From Eledone cirrhosa (taxonomy: Eukaryota), in NCBI GenBank assembly GCA_964016885.1, contig OZ024759.1, positions 8,680,001-8,744,000 of the forward strand: a stretch of 64,000 nt of DNA, in the 5' to 3' direction. Position 1 is the first letter of the stretch. Every line of letters starts with the position of its first letter. A program made the position numbers and the translations under genes. Under the pieces are notes generated by a model. The model ran no database searches. It saw nothing but the letters and a program-made list of their open reading frames with translations, and was not told the origin of the DNA. This document shows positions 1 through 14,039 of this stretch, one piece after another.

Positions 1-426
1 GATCTCAATCCTGTGTCATTCTCTTTGAGAGGTTCAATTGTACAAGGTCAGCTTTTATCACCTCGTCCTAGGTCTTCCATCACTTTTGATCACTCTGCAC
101 CTTTTTATACAACTGTCGTCCTCCTAGTAAACTGCATCTGATCCCTCTTATGCCTAATTTCTCTCTTAGTTCATTTATGACCTGCCGTTCGTGTATATTA
201 CTATTACACATCTATTGGAGCATGGCACACATACTCGCATATAATAATGCTTTCTGATTTAGACACAAACCAACAATTTTTGAGGGAGAGGAAAGTAGAT
301 TAAAGCAACCCGAGTGCATTACTGGTACGTTATACTTGTATATAATAATAATTATATAACGTCCTCTTTATCATGACATCATGGATTGGACAGAAGATAA
401 TATTTAGCATCTTACAACACAATATT

Positions 427-1880
427 CAAGCCATGTATAGGGGAGCAGTCAGCAAAGTTAGGATTAGCAATGACTATAGCGAGGAATTTAGCGTACAGGT
501 CGGTGTCCACCAGGGTCCTGTTCTTAGCCCTCTCCTGTTCATCATAGTCCTGCAGGCAATAACGGAGGAGTTTAAGACCGGATACCCATGGGAACTCCTG
601 TATGCAGATGACCTCGCACTTATAGCTGAATCTATGGTAGAACTAGAGAAGAAATTCCAAACATGGAAGCAGGGACTAGAAAGAAAGGGTCTCAAAGTCA
701 ACCTGACAAAGACTAAGGTCCTCGTAAGTAGACGAGAAAACAGAACTCAGATCCCCTCAGGGAAATGGCCTTGCTCAGTATGTAGGAAAGGTGTCGGTAG
801 GAACTCCATCCTCTTCCCCAAATGCAAACAATGAGTATACAAGAGATGTAGTGGGATCTCAGAAAGATTAACTAAGAATGTAGGCTTCACATGTAGCAGC
901 TGTGCTGGGACAGCAAGCAGCAAACAAGTACCACCAAACTGTGGGAGGGCTCTGTAGAAATAGTAGACAGCTTCTGCTACCTAGGTGACCAAATTAGCAG
1001 CGGAAGTGGGTGTTTGGAAAATACAATAACTAGGGTAAGAACGGGATGGAAGAAGTTCAGGGAGCTACTGCCATTGCTAGCTGCAAAAGGCTTTTCCCTC
1101 AAAATGAAAGGCAGACTGTATGATGTGTGCATATGAACAGCAATGTTACATGGTAGTGAGACCTGGGCGCTGTCTGTAGAAGACTTGCGTAGATTAGAAA
1201 GAAACGAAGCCTGCATGCACCGATAGATGTGTAATAGTAATATACGCGAACGACAAAGCTTAAACGAATTGAGAGAGAGACAGAGCATAAGAGGAATCAA
1301 ATGATGTGTGCAGGAGAGGAGGTTGTGTTGGTATGGACATGTGATGCGTATGAAGGATGACAGCTGCATAAAAAGGTGCAGAACACTAGAAGTCGATGGA
1401 AGCCGCGGAGTGGAGAGACCCAAGAAGACCTGGGATGAGGTTATAAAAGCCGATCTTACCCAATTAAACCTCTCAAAGACGATGACACAGGACCGTGACC
1501 TCTGGCATCACGCAGTAATACAGAAGACCCGACTTCCCACGGGTACAAGCCGAAGCTGAAGCATATAGACAATATGCCCCCACCTTCTCCCACTGCAAAG
1601 TAGTCATGTAGGCGCCACGGAAAAAAGCACCCAGCACACACTGTAAAGTGGTCGTGGAGGTGCCACAGCAAAAAAGCACCCAGTACTCACTGTAAATGAG
1701 GTTGGTGCTAGGAAGGGCATCCAGCTGTAGAAATCAAGCCAGAATCAGTTCCTGTATGAGCAAGACAAGGTCAGCCCACAACACTGCCCACAACAGGACA
1801 ACCCGTCTAACCCATGCTAGCATGGAAGAACGGGCGTAAAACGGTGATGATGATGATGATGATGATGATAATTATGATGA
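427..1880 (+). mobile_element. RTE LINE, 5'-truncated decayed copy of the same family
   Basis: Near-identical to 28166-29600 including YADD, 3' UTR and (TGA)n tail; in-frame stops (e.g. 832) and a deletion. Confidence 0.93.
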
Positions 1881-2319
1881 TGATAACACACAAAATATAC
1901 GGTGTATCTATTCCATAAACTGTAAAACGTGTGTAGGGAACGGGTTATGTTGAAATCAGGACTTTGCCCCAGTTTAATCGTCTTCATTAAAGGTTTTTCG
2001 TATTTCCTTTCTAATTCTTTATGTTTAGTTTGGTAGAGTAGCATTCCTTGTGTTCCAAATTAATCACTAATAAATACAAAACATCCTCAATAAATAAGAT
2101 CAAACTGGAGTAGAGCTATGTTTTCAATAACATATGTGTCAACAAAGGGTAAGGCGAAAATGACCTTAATTTGAGGCGGTATAGTGTGACTTTGGGAGGA
2201 GAGGTTCACCCGGCCGGATTAGCTCTGTTTCCTTTTTATTAAAATATTTTTGTTGTTTGTACGAGCACCCATAGTTTGTGGGGTGAAACCAGGTCATTTT
2301 TGACAAAATCTCAGAACGA

Positions 2320-2675
2320 AATAAAAGGAAAAAGGAAAGAAGAGAGAGAGAAAGAGTAAGATAAAATACAATGAGGTGTAGTAAGAGGTAAACCAGAGAA
2401 ATAACAATAAAGGGGGAGAGAGAGAAAATAAAAAAGGTCAATAAAGAGAGGGAAAGAGTAAAAGAAAGGAAAATACAGAGAGGGGGAGAGAGAGTATAAA
2501 AAAGAGTGAGTAATAGAAAAACGATAGTAGACAAAGAGGGAAAGAGTAAACTATATTAGAGAGAGGGGGGAAGAGAGGGTAAGAGTTTACAAACAACAAA
2601 TAAACGTCGTTATCTACTTTGTTCCGCAGTGAATAGCTAGGCTATTTCTCATTGGCTATTTAGTTATACAGTGAT
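2320..2675 (+). promoter_or_regulatory. Putative NARFL promoter region (GA-rich tract, reverse CCAAT box at 2651-2655)
   Basis: Purine-rich (GA) tract ~2320-2580; CTCATTGGCT ~20 nt upstream of the ATG; TSS unknown. Confidence 0.4.
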
Positions 2676-2753
2676 ATGGCGACTGGCGTAGGAAATCATT
2701 TCAGCGGAGCTGTACTCCTCACAGATTTAGACGACTTTATCACACCTTCACAG
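2676..2753 (+). CDS. NARFL: NARFL/CIAO3 coding exon 1
   Basis: ATG at 2676 gives MATGVGNHFSGAVLLTDLDDFITPSQ, matching the FSGxxxLTDLDDFIxPSQ N-terminus of NARFL/Nar1; donor CAG|GTAGAT, phase 0. Confidence 0.93.
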
Positions 2754-3619
2754 GTAGATCAATTATTTTTATACGACAACTAAAAAAAAAAAATAATAAT
2801 AATGGCAGTGAATATAACCAACAAAAAGATTTCCACCCCGCCCCCTCAACCAAATTTTATTCGAAGCGACAGCCAAGAATAGTGTTACAGTGTTATATAA
2901 ACAGGATGATTATATGGAGAGGGACTTATTCTTGTCTTACACCTATTATAATTATGTACCCTATGCATGTGATTTATAAGGGAAATTTTCAGCATTTTTT
3001 TTTTAATATTCTGATAAACTTCCTTTGATGTATTTTAGGATGTATATATATATATATATATGTGTTTATGGGCTGCTATTTTTAACAGGTCGCGCAACAA
3101 CGTAGATGCTACTTGTTCGTGATGTAAATTGTGGTTGTTGTTGCTTAGCTCCAAGTCAGATCGGCAGACTCAAGATTTGGCTGCTGTTTCTAGCAGTACT
3201 TAGAAGCTTCCCCTGTTGTGGCTACTATTCACCTTCTACGAGTCAGTTGTGGAAGGAACGAATACTACCGACATTTCCTAGTAAAAAAAAAAAAAAGCTA
3301 GACAAAATCCTCTAAACATACTCTATATTGGTTTCTACTTTAGACTCAAGACCCCAATACTTCATTGTTAATATTTTATCGATCCCTGATAGATGAAAGG
3401 AAAAATTTGATCTCGGCGGGATTTGAACTCAAAACATAAAACCGCATAGCGGTACATCCGATGTACCGGATGTTTTGGTTAAACTTCATCAAACAGTTGT
3501 AATTAAAAAAAAAAAAAAAAAAAATGAAACCAAGCTCGTGCAGTAACACGCCAGCTTCAGTAATCAGAAGAGGGGAGGTAGGTGTAAAAACCAAACTCGC
3601 TGCCAACCCTTACCTATAG

Positions 3620-4160
3620 TCATGAATCTCGGGTAACGACCGGAAGAAGATGATCGTGAATACAAGCGGCCGAAATGGGGTTCCTTCGATGGGTCTTTGG
3701 AGTAACGTTACTCAATAAAGTGCGGAGATCAGAGGGTCACTCCAGGTAAAGCCGCTACTTCTCCGGTTTGAGAGATCACATCTCCGATATTATGGGCCTG
3801 TGGTTAGAATGTCTCAGGAAAGAATCCCTGGATTGAGAGACCACAGCTCTGATACTACAGACATGTGGTTAGAATGTCTCAGGAAAGAATCTCTGGATTG
3901 AGATACCACAGCTCTGATACTACAGACATGTGGTGAGAATGTCTCAGAAAGAATCCCTGGATAGATTTTAGAAGCAAGAGACCCAGGGATAAACCTGAGC
4001 AAAATGGTTGGATAACATCCATCAGTTTGGCTGGTCACACTTGGGGATCCAGCCGGGTCAGTTGGAGATGCTTACTTCTGACAGGACTTTCTGGAGGGAG
4101 TGTTTAAGGACTCTGCCTCCCACGACCTTCTCAGGAATAAGTGGGCCAAGAAGAAATGAA
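3620..4160 (+). mobile_element. RTE-type 3' fragment (further family; related pieces at 5490-5680 minus and 47205-47475 plus)
   Basis: IQAAEMGFLR, ERSxLRYYGHVVRM, WLDNI motifs; internal short triplication. Confidence 0.65.
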
Positions 4161-4898
4161 AACATAAATAACTCCCATCCCCAGAAAACAAAAGCGTAAA
4201 CTATGTTGCATAAACTTATCACAGCAGACATTGCTAGATTTATCTATAAACTACGGTAGGGGTGTATACATGTATCTCTATATATAGATGTGTGTAGGTG
4301 TATAAAATATATATATATATATATATGATTATGTGAAAGGCATAAATATATATATATATATATATGATTATGTGAAAGGCATATAATCGAAATATACACT
4401 CCCTTGACCATGAAAATGCCGAAGTACATGAATTACTTGACATCCCTGCGCTGTGCATCTCCAATACTTATAACACTTTTAATGCTTGCACTATCTTTAA
4501 TGCTTATAATATTTCTCCACACACAGACTATATCAATCATATAAAGACTTTGCCACCAGATCTACCAACCTAACACTCTTATTTACCTACCTAAGTGCCT
4601 CTACCACACATATCTCTCTGCCACACTATATAAACAAGACGCACATGCGTGCCACACATATAACATTTGCACTATATAACCACTTATCTTCATGTTGTAC
4701 TTTAACCTATATCTTTGATTTTTGATTGTACCTATTAATATAAATGTAATCTCGAAGTGTGTACTGCCACTCTAAATTCAGTAAATTCTGTAATGAATGT
4801 TGACCCACAATGTTTGAATATGTATCAATGTTTGAATATGTATTGGTATGTCTCTCGGCTGAAAAGGAGGTCATATAACTGTCCATGCATTAATAAAT

Positions 4899-4945
4899 TG
4901 CTCCGAAGAATCCAAACCTCGGTTTGGAGGAAACAGCTGTAAGCA
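4899..4945 (+). ncRNA. Degenerate hammerhead-like motif
   Basis: TGCT CCGAAGA A TCCAAACC-TC-GGTTTGGA G GAAA CAGCTG TA AGCA; core has C at U4. Confidence 0.5.
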
Positions 4946-5242
4946 CAATAATGTTTTGAACAGTTCTTTGATTCTTATATTTCATATAACTGCTCTGTAA
5001 ATCATCTGATGTTTTTACATTGAGCTACTTAACTTACTGGTAATAAGGTAGTAATACATTACTGCCTACCACTATTTAGGGTGTGTGTAAAATACTTACA
5101 ACTGCTTAAGGTTTTGTGTTTACATAACCATAAATAGTATAACTAATACTATATATATATATATATATATATATAGGTGTAGGTAACGCTAGACTTAGCA
5201 ACAAGCTAAATAGCTTAGGACGACACACTCGAGAGACGCGAT

Positions 5243-5422
5243 TGGCAGTATCGATAGAGGGTCAGATACCATGCCTTGCAGCATAGAGTTACGCTCCTTT
5301 ATGGTCTGAGTTCAAATCCCGCCTAGGTTAACTTTGCCTTTCATCCTTACGGGGTCGATAAAATAAAGTACCAGTAATACACAGGGATAATTGCTGGCCT
5401 TGTGCCAAACGTAGAAACAATT
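5243..5422 (+). mobile_element. tRNA-derived SINE family A (Meta-domain-like core), representative copy
   Basis: A box TGGCAGTATCG, B box GTTCAAATCCC, core AGGTTAACTTTGCCTTTCATCCTTACGGGGTCGATAAAATAAAGTACC; well over ten full or partial copies in the window. Confidence 0.85.
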
Positions 5423-5936
5423 ATTTCATTTTATCATTGGCTTTTATTGTTATATATAGTTGTGGGTAGGAACAAGAGAGCAATCAACCTTGTCTTCTTT
5501 ACACCCTTATTCCTGGGAGGGTTGTGGGGGTAGAGTCCTTAAACACTCTCTCTAGTGGGTCCTGTCAGAAGCAACCATCTCCAACTGATCTGGCTAGATT
5601 CCCAAGCGTGACCAGCCTAGCTCATGGGTGTTATCCAACCATTTTGACCAGAGTCTACCCTGGGTCTCCTGCTGGTTGGTTTATATAAAAATACTCAACT
5701 TCCACATTTTCAAAATGTGGAAGTTGAGTATTAACTGTGCACTACCTTCGATTTCAAGACAAAAACAAGCCTGAATTATCAGGTGTATTTATAAGAGTCA
5801 CCTGCTGGCCAGACTATCACCTATCGGGCCTTAAGCTATATCAAATTTAAGGCGCATCCCTAAAAAAATTAAAAATAATTATACACGATTATAATTTTTT
5901 ATATTAATGTTAATGATAAAAAATATAAACACACAC

Positions 5937-5983
<47 letters not shown>

Positions 5984-6089
5984 CGGAGGAAATGTGGTAA
6001 GGAACCAGGTGGACCATAACGCACCAAAGTACTCAATACTTAGGGTAGTAGAGTGGGTAATAGGAACGAGTAGGAGGGTCCTACTCGTT

Positions 6090-6142
<53 letters not shown>

Positions 6143-6239
6143 TGTCAACATGAATGGACCTATTATTTTTATCTAAAGACATTTTTTCCAATTCCATCCC
6201 GCCTGTCCCCCTTAATCTTCTATTTTATTTCTCATTCTT

Positions 6240-6275
6240 TCTTCTGATGAAGGACTAGCGTCCGAAACGTTAAGA
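6240..6275 (+). ncRNA. Minimal type-I hammerhead ribozyme motif (family 1)
   Basis: TCTT CTGATGA A GGAC-TAGC-GTCC GAAA CGTT AAGA; palindromic ACGT at stem III. Confidence 0.7.
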
Positions 6276-6793
6276 TCCTCTTCCTGCTACATCAAGCGTT
6301 AAACCACTATGTACTGTGCCGATTGTGTTGTTATTTCTGTTTACCTTTTACATATATATATATATAAATGAAGTAATTCCGTCGGAAATGTATGTGTATG
6401 TATATATGTATGTATATGTATGTGTGTATAAATGAAATAGTTGCCTTATGTTGTTTATTACATAACTATATATATATATAATATTAATAAATAGAAGCTA
6501 TCTTTATAAAACCATATTTATTTTATTTTATCTGATGAGAGCGTACCAAAATTTGTACCAAAAGCGTACCCTTGAAATATATATAATAAAATAAATATGG
6601 TTTTATAAACATAGTTTCCATTTATTAATATTATTGATATTATACTCCAGAAGATTTCTATAGAGTACTTCAAACCTGTTATAAACTAAATTTGTTGAAT
6701 AATCAACAAATTAAATAACTCAATGATTATATATATATATATTACTCTTTTACCTGTTTCAGCCATCCGGCTGAGGCCATGCTGGGGCACCGC

Positions 6794-6832
<39 letters not shown>

Positions 6833-7015
6833 TTTAATTATTTTATCTGATAAACGGGCTGGACGTTTCTTAAGATCGTCTAGTGTATATATAGTTATAC
6901 TTTGGGAGGGTCATGTTGCCATTAAAAACACACGCACCTGTTGGTTTTCACTTCAATTTATTACAAATTTCCGACTGGTTGGTTGGTTTGATAACCGGAT
7001 GGTTGTTTACATATT

Positions 7016-7058
7016 GTCAAAATTCTTTCGTCACACATCCTGTGACCTCCTCAGTGAT
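7016..7058 (-). ncRNA. Hammerhead motif family 3
   Basis: Minus: ATCA CTGAGGA G GTCACA-GGATG-TGTGAC GAAA GAATTT TGAC. Confidence 0.55.
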
Positions 7059-7276
7059 TAGATTTTATTTCGTGTCTTTCCTTTGTTCTTGACAATATAT
7101 AAACAACCATCCGGTTATCGAACCAACCAACCAGCCGGAAATTTAAAATAAATTGAAGTAAAAAACAACAGGTGCGTGTGTTTTTAATGGCAACATGACC
7201 CTCCCAAAGTATAACAATATCTGTTTTAACACACGTTTTCAGATAAGAAATCTCGCAAAACTAATTCACAAACGAA

Positions 7277-7336
<60 letters not shown>

Positions 7337-7551
7337 GTGTGTATGTGTACATATAACTACCTAAAGGGTCATGCTGCCAATAAGAACACACGCACCTGTT
7401 GGTTGTCACTTCAATTTATTATAAATTTCCGTTTACATGCCAACACAAGAGCAAGAATGAGGGCCTCATTCTACTGACATGGCTTAAAAGAGGCTGTTTG
7501 CAAAATTGCAAACGAATCGCATATTATTAATATTCGAAAAACTCAGATTAA

Positions 7552-7588
<37 letters not shown>

Positions 7589-7603
7589 TTTTAATATAGA
7601 TGA

Positions 7604-7652
7604 AATTCTACAGGACTAGAACTGTTTCATTCTTTAGAAATCATCAGGAATC
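7604..7652 (-). ncRNA. Hammerhead motif family 4
   Basis: Minus: GATTC CTGATGA T TTC-TAAA-GAA T GAAA CAG-TTCTAGTC-CTG TA GAATT; 4-bp stem III, GUA site. Confidence 0.7.
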
Positions 7653-7937
7653 TCTGCAATGTATTGAGTACCTTACTTACTGTGGTTACCTCCGATTCAA
7701 CCCGGAATAACGTACTTATATATATATATATATATATATATATCTATATATATATATATATATATATGCAAAAGTTCTATTTAAAATTGTTGGGATACAA
7801 CAAGTAAATATTTTTATAACTGATATAAAGCACTCGACAAGTATTTGGAGTAGATATACGATATTAATAAATATCCCTGAAATATGTATAATGAAATAAA
7901 TATGGTTTTATAAATATAGTTTCCATTTATTAATATC

Positions 7938-7986
<49 letters not shown>

Positions 7987-8231
7987 CATAGTTCAAATCC
8001 CGCCGAGGTTAACTTTGCCTTTCATCCTTCCGGGGTCGATAAAATAAAGTACCAGTAATGCTCTGGGTATTTCTGGCCTTGTGCCAAACGTAGAAACAAT
8101 TATATTATATATATATTATATATATATATATATACTCTTTACTGATTAAATACAGCATTCACATATATCGTTTCTGAACACACAACTTCCGGTTAAATTA
8201 AGTAATAGTTTAAACATAATATTTTTAGAAC

Positions 8232-8276
<45 letters not shown>

Positions 8277-8389
8277 CATATATATATAATGTACATTGTT
8301 TATCAACCATCGCAAACATAACGACGCAATTTGTTTTTATTGGAGATACTACATACACTAAAAATCTCCCCCCTCTCTCTTTCCCTGAC

Positions 8390-8421
<32 letters not shown>

Positions 8422-8545
8422 GGGTTTATTTTTGCCCGACGGCTAAGCTTGTACTATTTCGATAGCCAAAAGACTCTCAATAACATCCACACTATTTTCC
8501 TTAAATATTGAGTGCTAAGTTGAATAATGGCCTTAACTCGTAACA

Positions 8546-8626
<81 letters not shown>

Positions 8627-8786
8627 ATATAAAACCATCACACCACTTACTTTGCTAATTACCTTCTGGGCTCCTGGGCCACAACACATCATCAAGTTTC
8701 TTTCTCCGACCAAGAATGATTTTTAAAAATCAAAGACTTGTCTGTAATTGATATATGTAAAAGTGCAGGTGCCCGCCTTGAACGCC

Positions 8787-8850
<64 letters not shown>

Positions 8851-9234
8851 TAAAATAACAGATTAAAGTTTAAGCAAAGAATCGCTGCTTTCACCCTTAA
8901 CGGGATCTTCTGAAGATCCCGTTAAGGGTGAAAGCAGCGATTCTTTGCTTAAACTTTAATCTGTTATTTTAATAAATATTTGCTCTACGGTTCTTATATA
9001 TTTGATATATAGTTATCCTTATCGAGCCCTCTTTGGATTTTAGTCTTCAAATTTATTATTATTACTATTTATATCTATATATATAGAAATTAACAAGGGT
9101 TTTAATTGAAGCATTTCATTGACTGTTTCGTTAGACTTATATATATGCAAAAGCAACCAGAAATAACAAAGCAAATGACACAGTACTATGAAGAAATATA
9201 TTATCAGTTTTACGCTGGATATAGTCTGAAAGAG

Positions 9235-9270
9235 TCTTAACGTTTCGGATGCTAGTCTATCATCAGAAAA
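9235..9270 (-). ncRNA. Hammerhead motif family 1, degenerate stem II
   Basis: Minus: TTTT CTGATGA TAGACTAGCATCC GAAA CGTT AAGA. Confidence 0.5.
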
Positions 9271-9369
9271 TAGAATGAGAAATTAAAGAAGAAATAGAAA
9301 AAGAGGACTGAACAGTGGCAAGAATTTGAGAGAAAAATATGTCTTCTCATGTCGCCATCTCTTGGATGG

Positions 9370-9418
<49 letters not shown>

Positions 9419-10219
9419 GTGTGCGTGTGTGTGATTGAGAAAGAGACGTCCTCAATACATCCACGCGAGTACGAAATAGGACCAACACACACTTATGTAC
9501 TCATATAATAATTAGAGAGGAGAGGAGAGTTAAATGAAACATTTAAAAGAGTCATTTAAAAGCTACATCGTTCATTTATGATAATAGTGCTGTTTATGTT
9601 TATGAAATGAGTATGAAAGTATTTTATCACACATGTCACTGATCCTCTCTAATATTCTATAACGTGTCTTGGTACCGTTTTTTCACGGGTTCAACGCCCT
9701 CACATCAACGAAGTGTGTATATACAGACTGTATATCTATTAATCTAGCTATTTATTTACCTATGTATTGATCTATCTATTATTTATCCACCTATCCACCT
9801 ATCTATTTATCTATCCATCTATCTATTTATACTTTTCGATTATTTTCATTTTATACCCTTTTTACTCGATCGTATGTAAACTCCCCCTTTGTATTTGTCC
9901 CTTCTTTTTATGCCTTTATGGTAAATAAAGAAATCCATCTATCTATTTATACATTTATCAATCGACATACATATTTATTTATCTATCAACTTCACTAGCT
10001 AAATAAGTAGAACTACGGAACCATGTGTGTATATGTGCATCTACATCATTAAATACAAACCCTACACTTAAACCGAAAACACTCAAGGTTCACATATCAA
10101 ATGTCTACACGCTACTTTCATTATATATATATAAAATGTTAAAAATGTTTCATCTTGATGTTTATAGTTACTTATATGTCTAATTATTGTAGGCTTTTTG
10201 CTTACATTAATTAATCTAT

Positions 10220-10258
<39 letters not shown>

Positions 10259-11849
10259 GATAAATCTACCAAGAGTTTACGGTAGTGTCCAATCCGTATG
10301 AAGAACTCAATGTATTCCGGATATCATGGAAAGAAGAGATGTAATGAAAAACCACTTTCGGTGAAAGATAAACGGTATACAGAGTCAAGATAAAATATTA
10401 AACAAATAATGAATAAACAATTCCTTATATTAAACAAAAAAAGTTCATTATTTAACGATCGTTTCTAGGACATATATGTGTTAGAATTGGTATGCATATT
10501 CAACAGATCTATGTACAAAATTATACAAAATTATACAAATTATCAAGATTAAATATACATACCAAACACATATATACGCCGTCTTAATGACGATCACGAT
10601 AATAAATACTCAATACCAAGACAACACAGTGGGAACACAGGAGAAACTCTAGAATAACAGGGATTGGCCTTAAAGAATATACTGTATAGGTGTATAACAC
10701 GCACCTGTTCTCTTAAATTTGGAATCTGAAATCTACTTGCGGGTTATCCGCGCATCCTACCTTCTATTTTAAAGTAAAGGTAATTCATTTTTTTTCTGTA
10801 AATAAACGTGTGTTATACACGCCAATAAATGGTGTATAAGAATATATTTATATATATATATGTGTGTGTATGTATGTATGTATGTACATATATATATAGA
10901 GACTGGCAACAGGTACACAACTCAGTGCTCCGTCGAAATGGACTGCAGTTTCGACCCATACCAACGTACTCCTGGGTCACCGTATCTCACCAAAGTAATC
11001 ACTGTCCCTCTTTAGAGTATAAATAACAAAAAACTTAACGTGAAAAGAATTATATACACAACATTTAAGCTGTACAATACGTGTATATATTTATATATAT
11101 ATATGTGCGTGTGTATATATACACATACACATATATAATATATATATGTGTGTGTGTGTGTATATATACGTATGTTTGTATATGTACGTATGTTGAAATG
11201 GTATATATATCTATATATATATATATAAATATATATATATAAACAAACTTACGTGTCCAAGACAGTTAATTCCCTCCGTTTGTACACCAATCACTGACGA
11301 AACTCCTGAAATACAGAGACCCATTCGTTCGTCAAGGGGGGATTTGGTATTTTTTGGGGGGGAGGTTGTTTGAATTGATGTTTTGCTTTGCTTCTTCTTC
11401 TTGTCTCACAAGCCTGGGGGGAGGGAGGACAGGGGGTGGAAATGAATGAATGAATGAATGAATTAGAGACGTGAAGCAAAAGTTTTCTCAACACAAACAA
11501 CACTTGAAGACGTAGATGATTTTAAATAGTCCTTCCTATCACTACTGCAGGTGCTGCTGCAGTCTTGCTGCTGCTGTTGCGGCTGCTGCAGTCCTACTGC
11601 TGCTGCTAGTGCTGCTGCTGATGGTGATGATGCTTTCGTGTATAAACACTGATGCCAAATCGATCAAATATGGACACACACACACACACGCGCGCACACA
11701 CACACACATATATATATATATATAGCGAAGGAAATGTGGTAAGGAACCAGGTGGACCTTAACGCACTAAAGTACTCAATACTTAGGGTAGTAGAGTGGGT
11801 ATATATATATATATATTGGCTTTTTGCTACAAGGTTTTCTATACCTTTC

Positions 11850-12525
<676 letters not shown>

Positions 12526-12644
12526 GATGTATATTTGTAGAGGGGAATTTAATTTTAATTAAAAAAATATTTTCCGCTTCCTTCCGTATCTTTTAAAATT
12601 TAAATATGGATTCAAAAATATATTCTCTTCTTTCTCCTGTTATT

Positions 12645-13770
12645 GGCGGCGGCGGTGGTGGTGGTGTGATGGTGGTGGTAGTGTAATGGTGGCGGTGGTG
12701 GTGGTAGTTTTGTGTGGTGGTGGTGGTGGTTTTGTGTGTGGTGGTGGCGGTGGTGGTAGTGTAATGGTGGCGGTGGTGGTGGTAGTTTTGTGTGTGGTGG
12801 TGGCGGTGGTAGTTTTGTGTGTGGTGGTGGCGGTGGAGGTGTGTGTAGGAGGGGGACTTGTTGATTTATTTCAACTCCGCAGAAACGGAGAAACCAGGTA
12901 CAGGCTGCAGAATTTTTATTTAAGCAATGGTATCGAGGTAGCAACCACCACCAACATCACCACCACCACCACCACCACCACTACCACCACCATCACCACT
13001 ACCACCACCAACACCATTATCACCACCATCACCACCTCCACTATCATCACCACCACCACTAACCACCACCACGACCATCACCACCTCCACTACTACCAAC
13101 ACCACTATCATCACCACCACCACTCACACCACCACTAACCACCACCACTACCATCACCACCTCCACTACTACCAACACCACTATCATCACCACCACCACT
13201 CACACCACCACTAACCACCACCACTACCATCACCACCTCCACTACTACCAACACCACTATCATCACCACCACTAACCACCACCACTACCATCACCACCTC
13301 CACTACTACCAACACCACTATCACCACCAACACCACCATCACCACCACCACCATTACCACCACCACCACCACTACCGTCATCACCACGACCATCACCACC
13401 TCCACTACTACCAACACCACTATCATCACCACCACCACTCACACCACCACTAACCACCACCACGACCATCACCACCTCCACTACTACCAACACCACTATC
13501 ATCACCACCACCACTCACACCACCACTAACCACCACCACTACCATCACCACCTCCACTACTACCAACACCACTATCATCACCACCACCACTCACACCACC
13601 ACTAACACCACCACGACCATCACCACCTCCACTACTACCAACACCACTATCATCACCACCACCACTCACACCACCACTAACCACCACCACTACCATCACC
13701 ACCTCCACTACTACCAACACCACTATCATCACCACCACCACTCACACCACCACTAACACCACCACCACTA
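12645..13770. repeat. (GGT)n tract followed by (CAC/TAC)n tract with higher-order repeats
   Basis: GGT-rich 12645-12840 and complementary ACC-rich 12945-13770. Confidence 0.9.
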
Positions 13771-13792
13771 GCCTTTTTCTTTTCTATATAAA

Positions 13793-13990
13793 TCAGTCTT
13801 CTCTCCGCACACCACAACTTATCCCTCTTACACCCAGTTTCTCTCTCAACTCGTTTATACTTGGGCGCTCACACACATTGACATTGCACATCCAACGGAG
13901 CATGCTTGCTTCATTTCTCTCCAGCCATTGCATATCCTCTGCAGTTGCTGCCCATGTCTCACTATCATGCAGCATCTCACACATCTATCA
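13793..13990 (-). mobile_element. RTE RT C-terminal fragment
   Basis: MLHDSETWA...ERNEASMLRWMC...LGVRGI. Confidence 0.8.
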
Positions 13991-14039
13991 TATAGAGGAA
14001 AGCTCAGACATCATATAGAGAAAAACAGAGAAAAACTCT

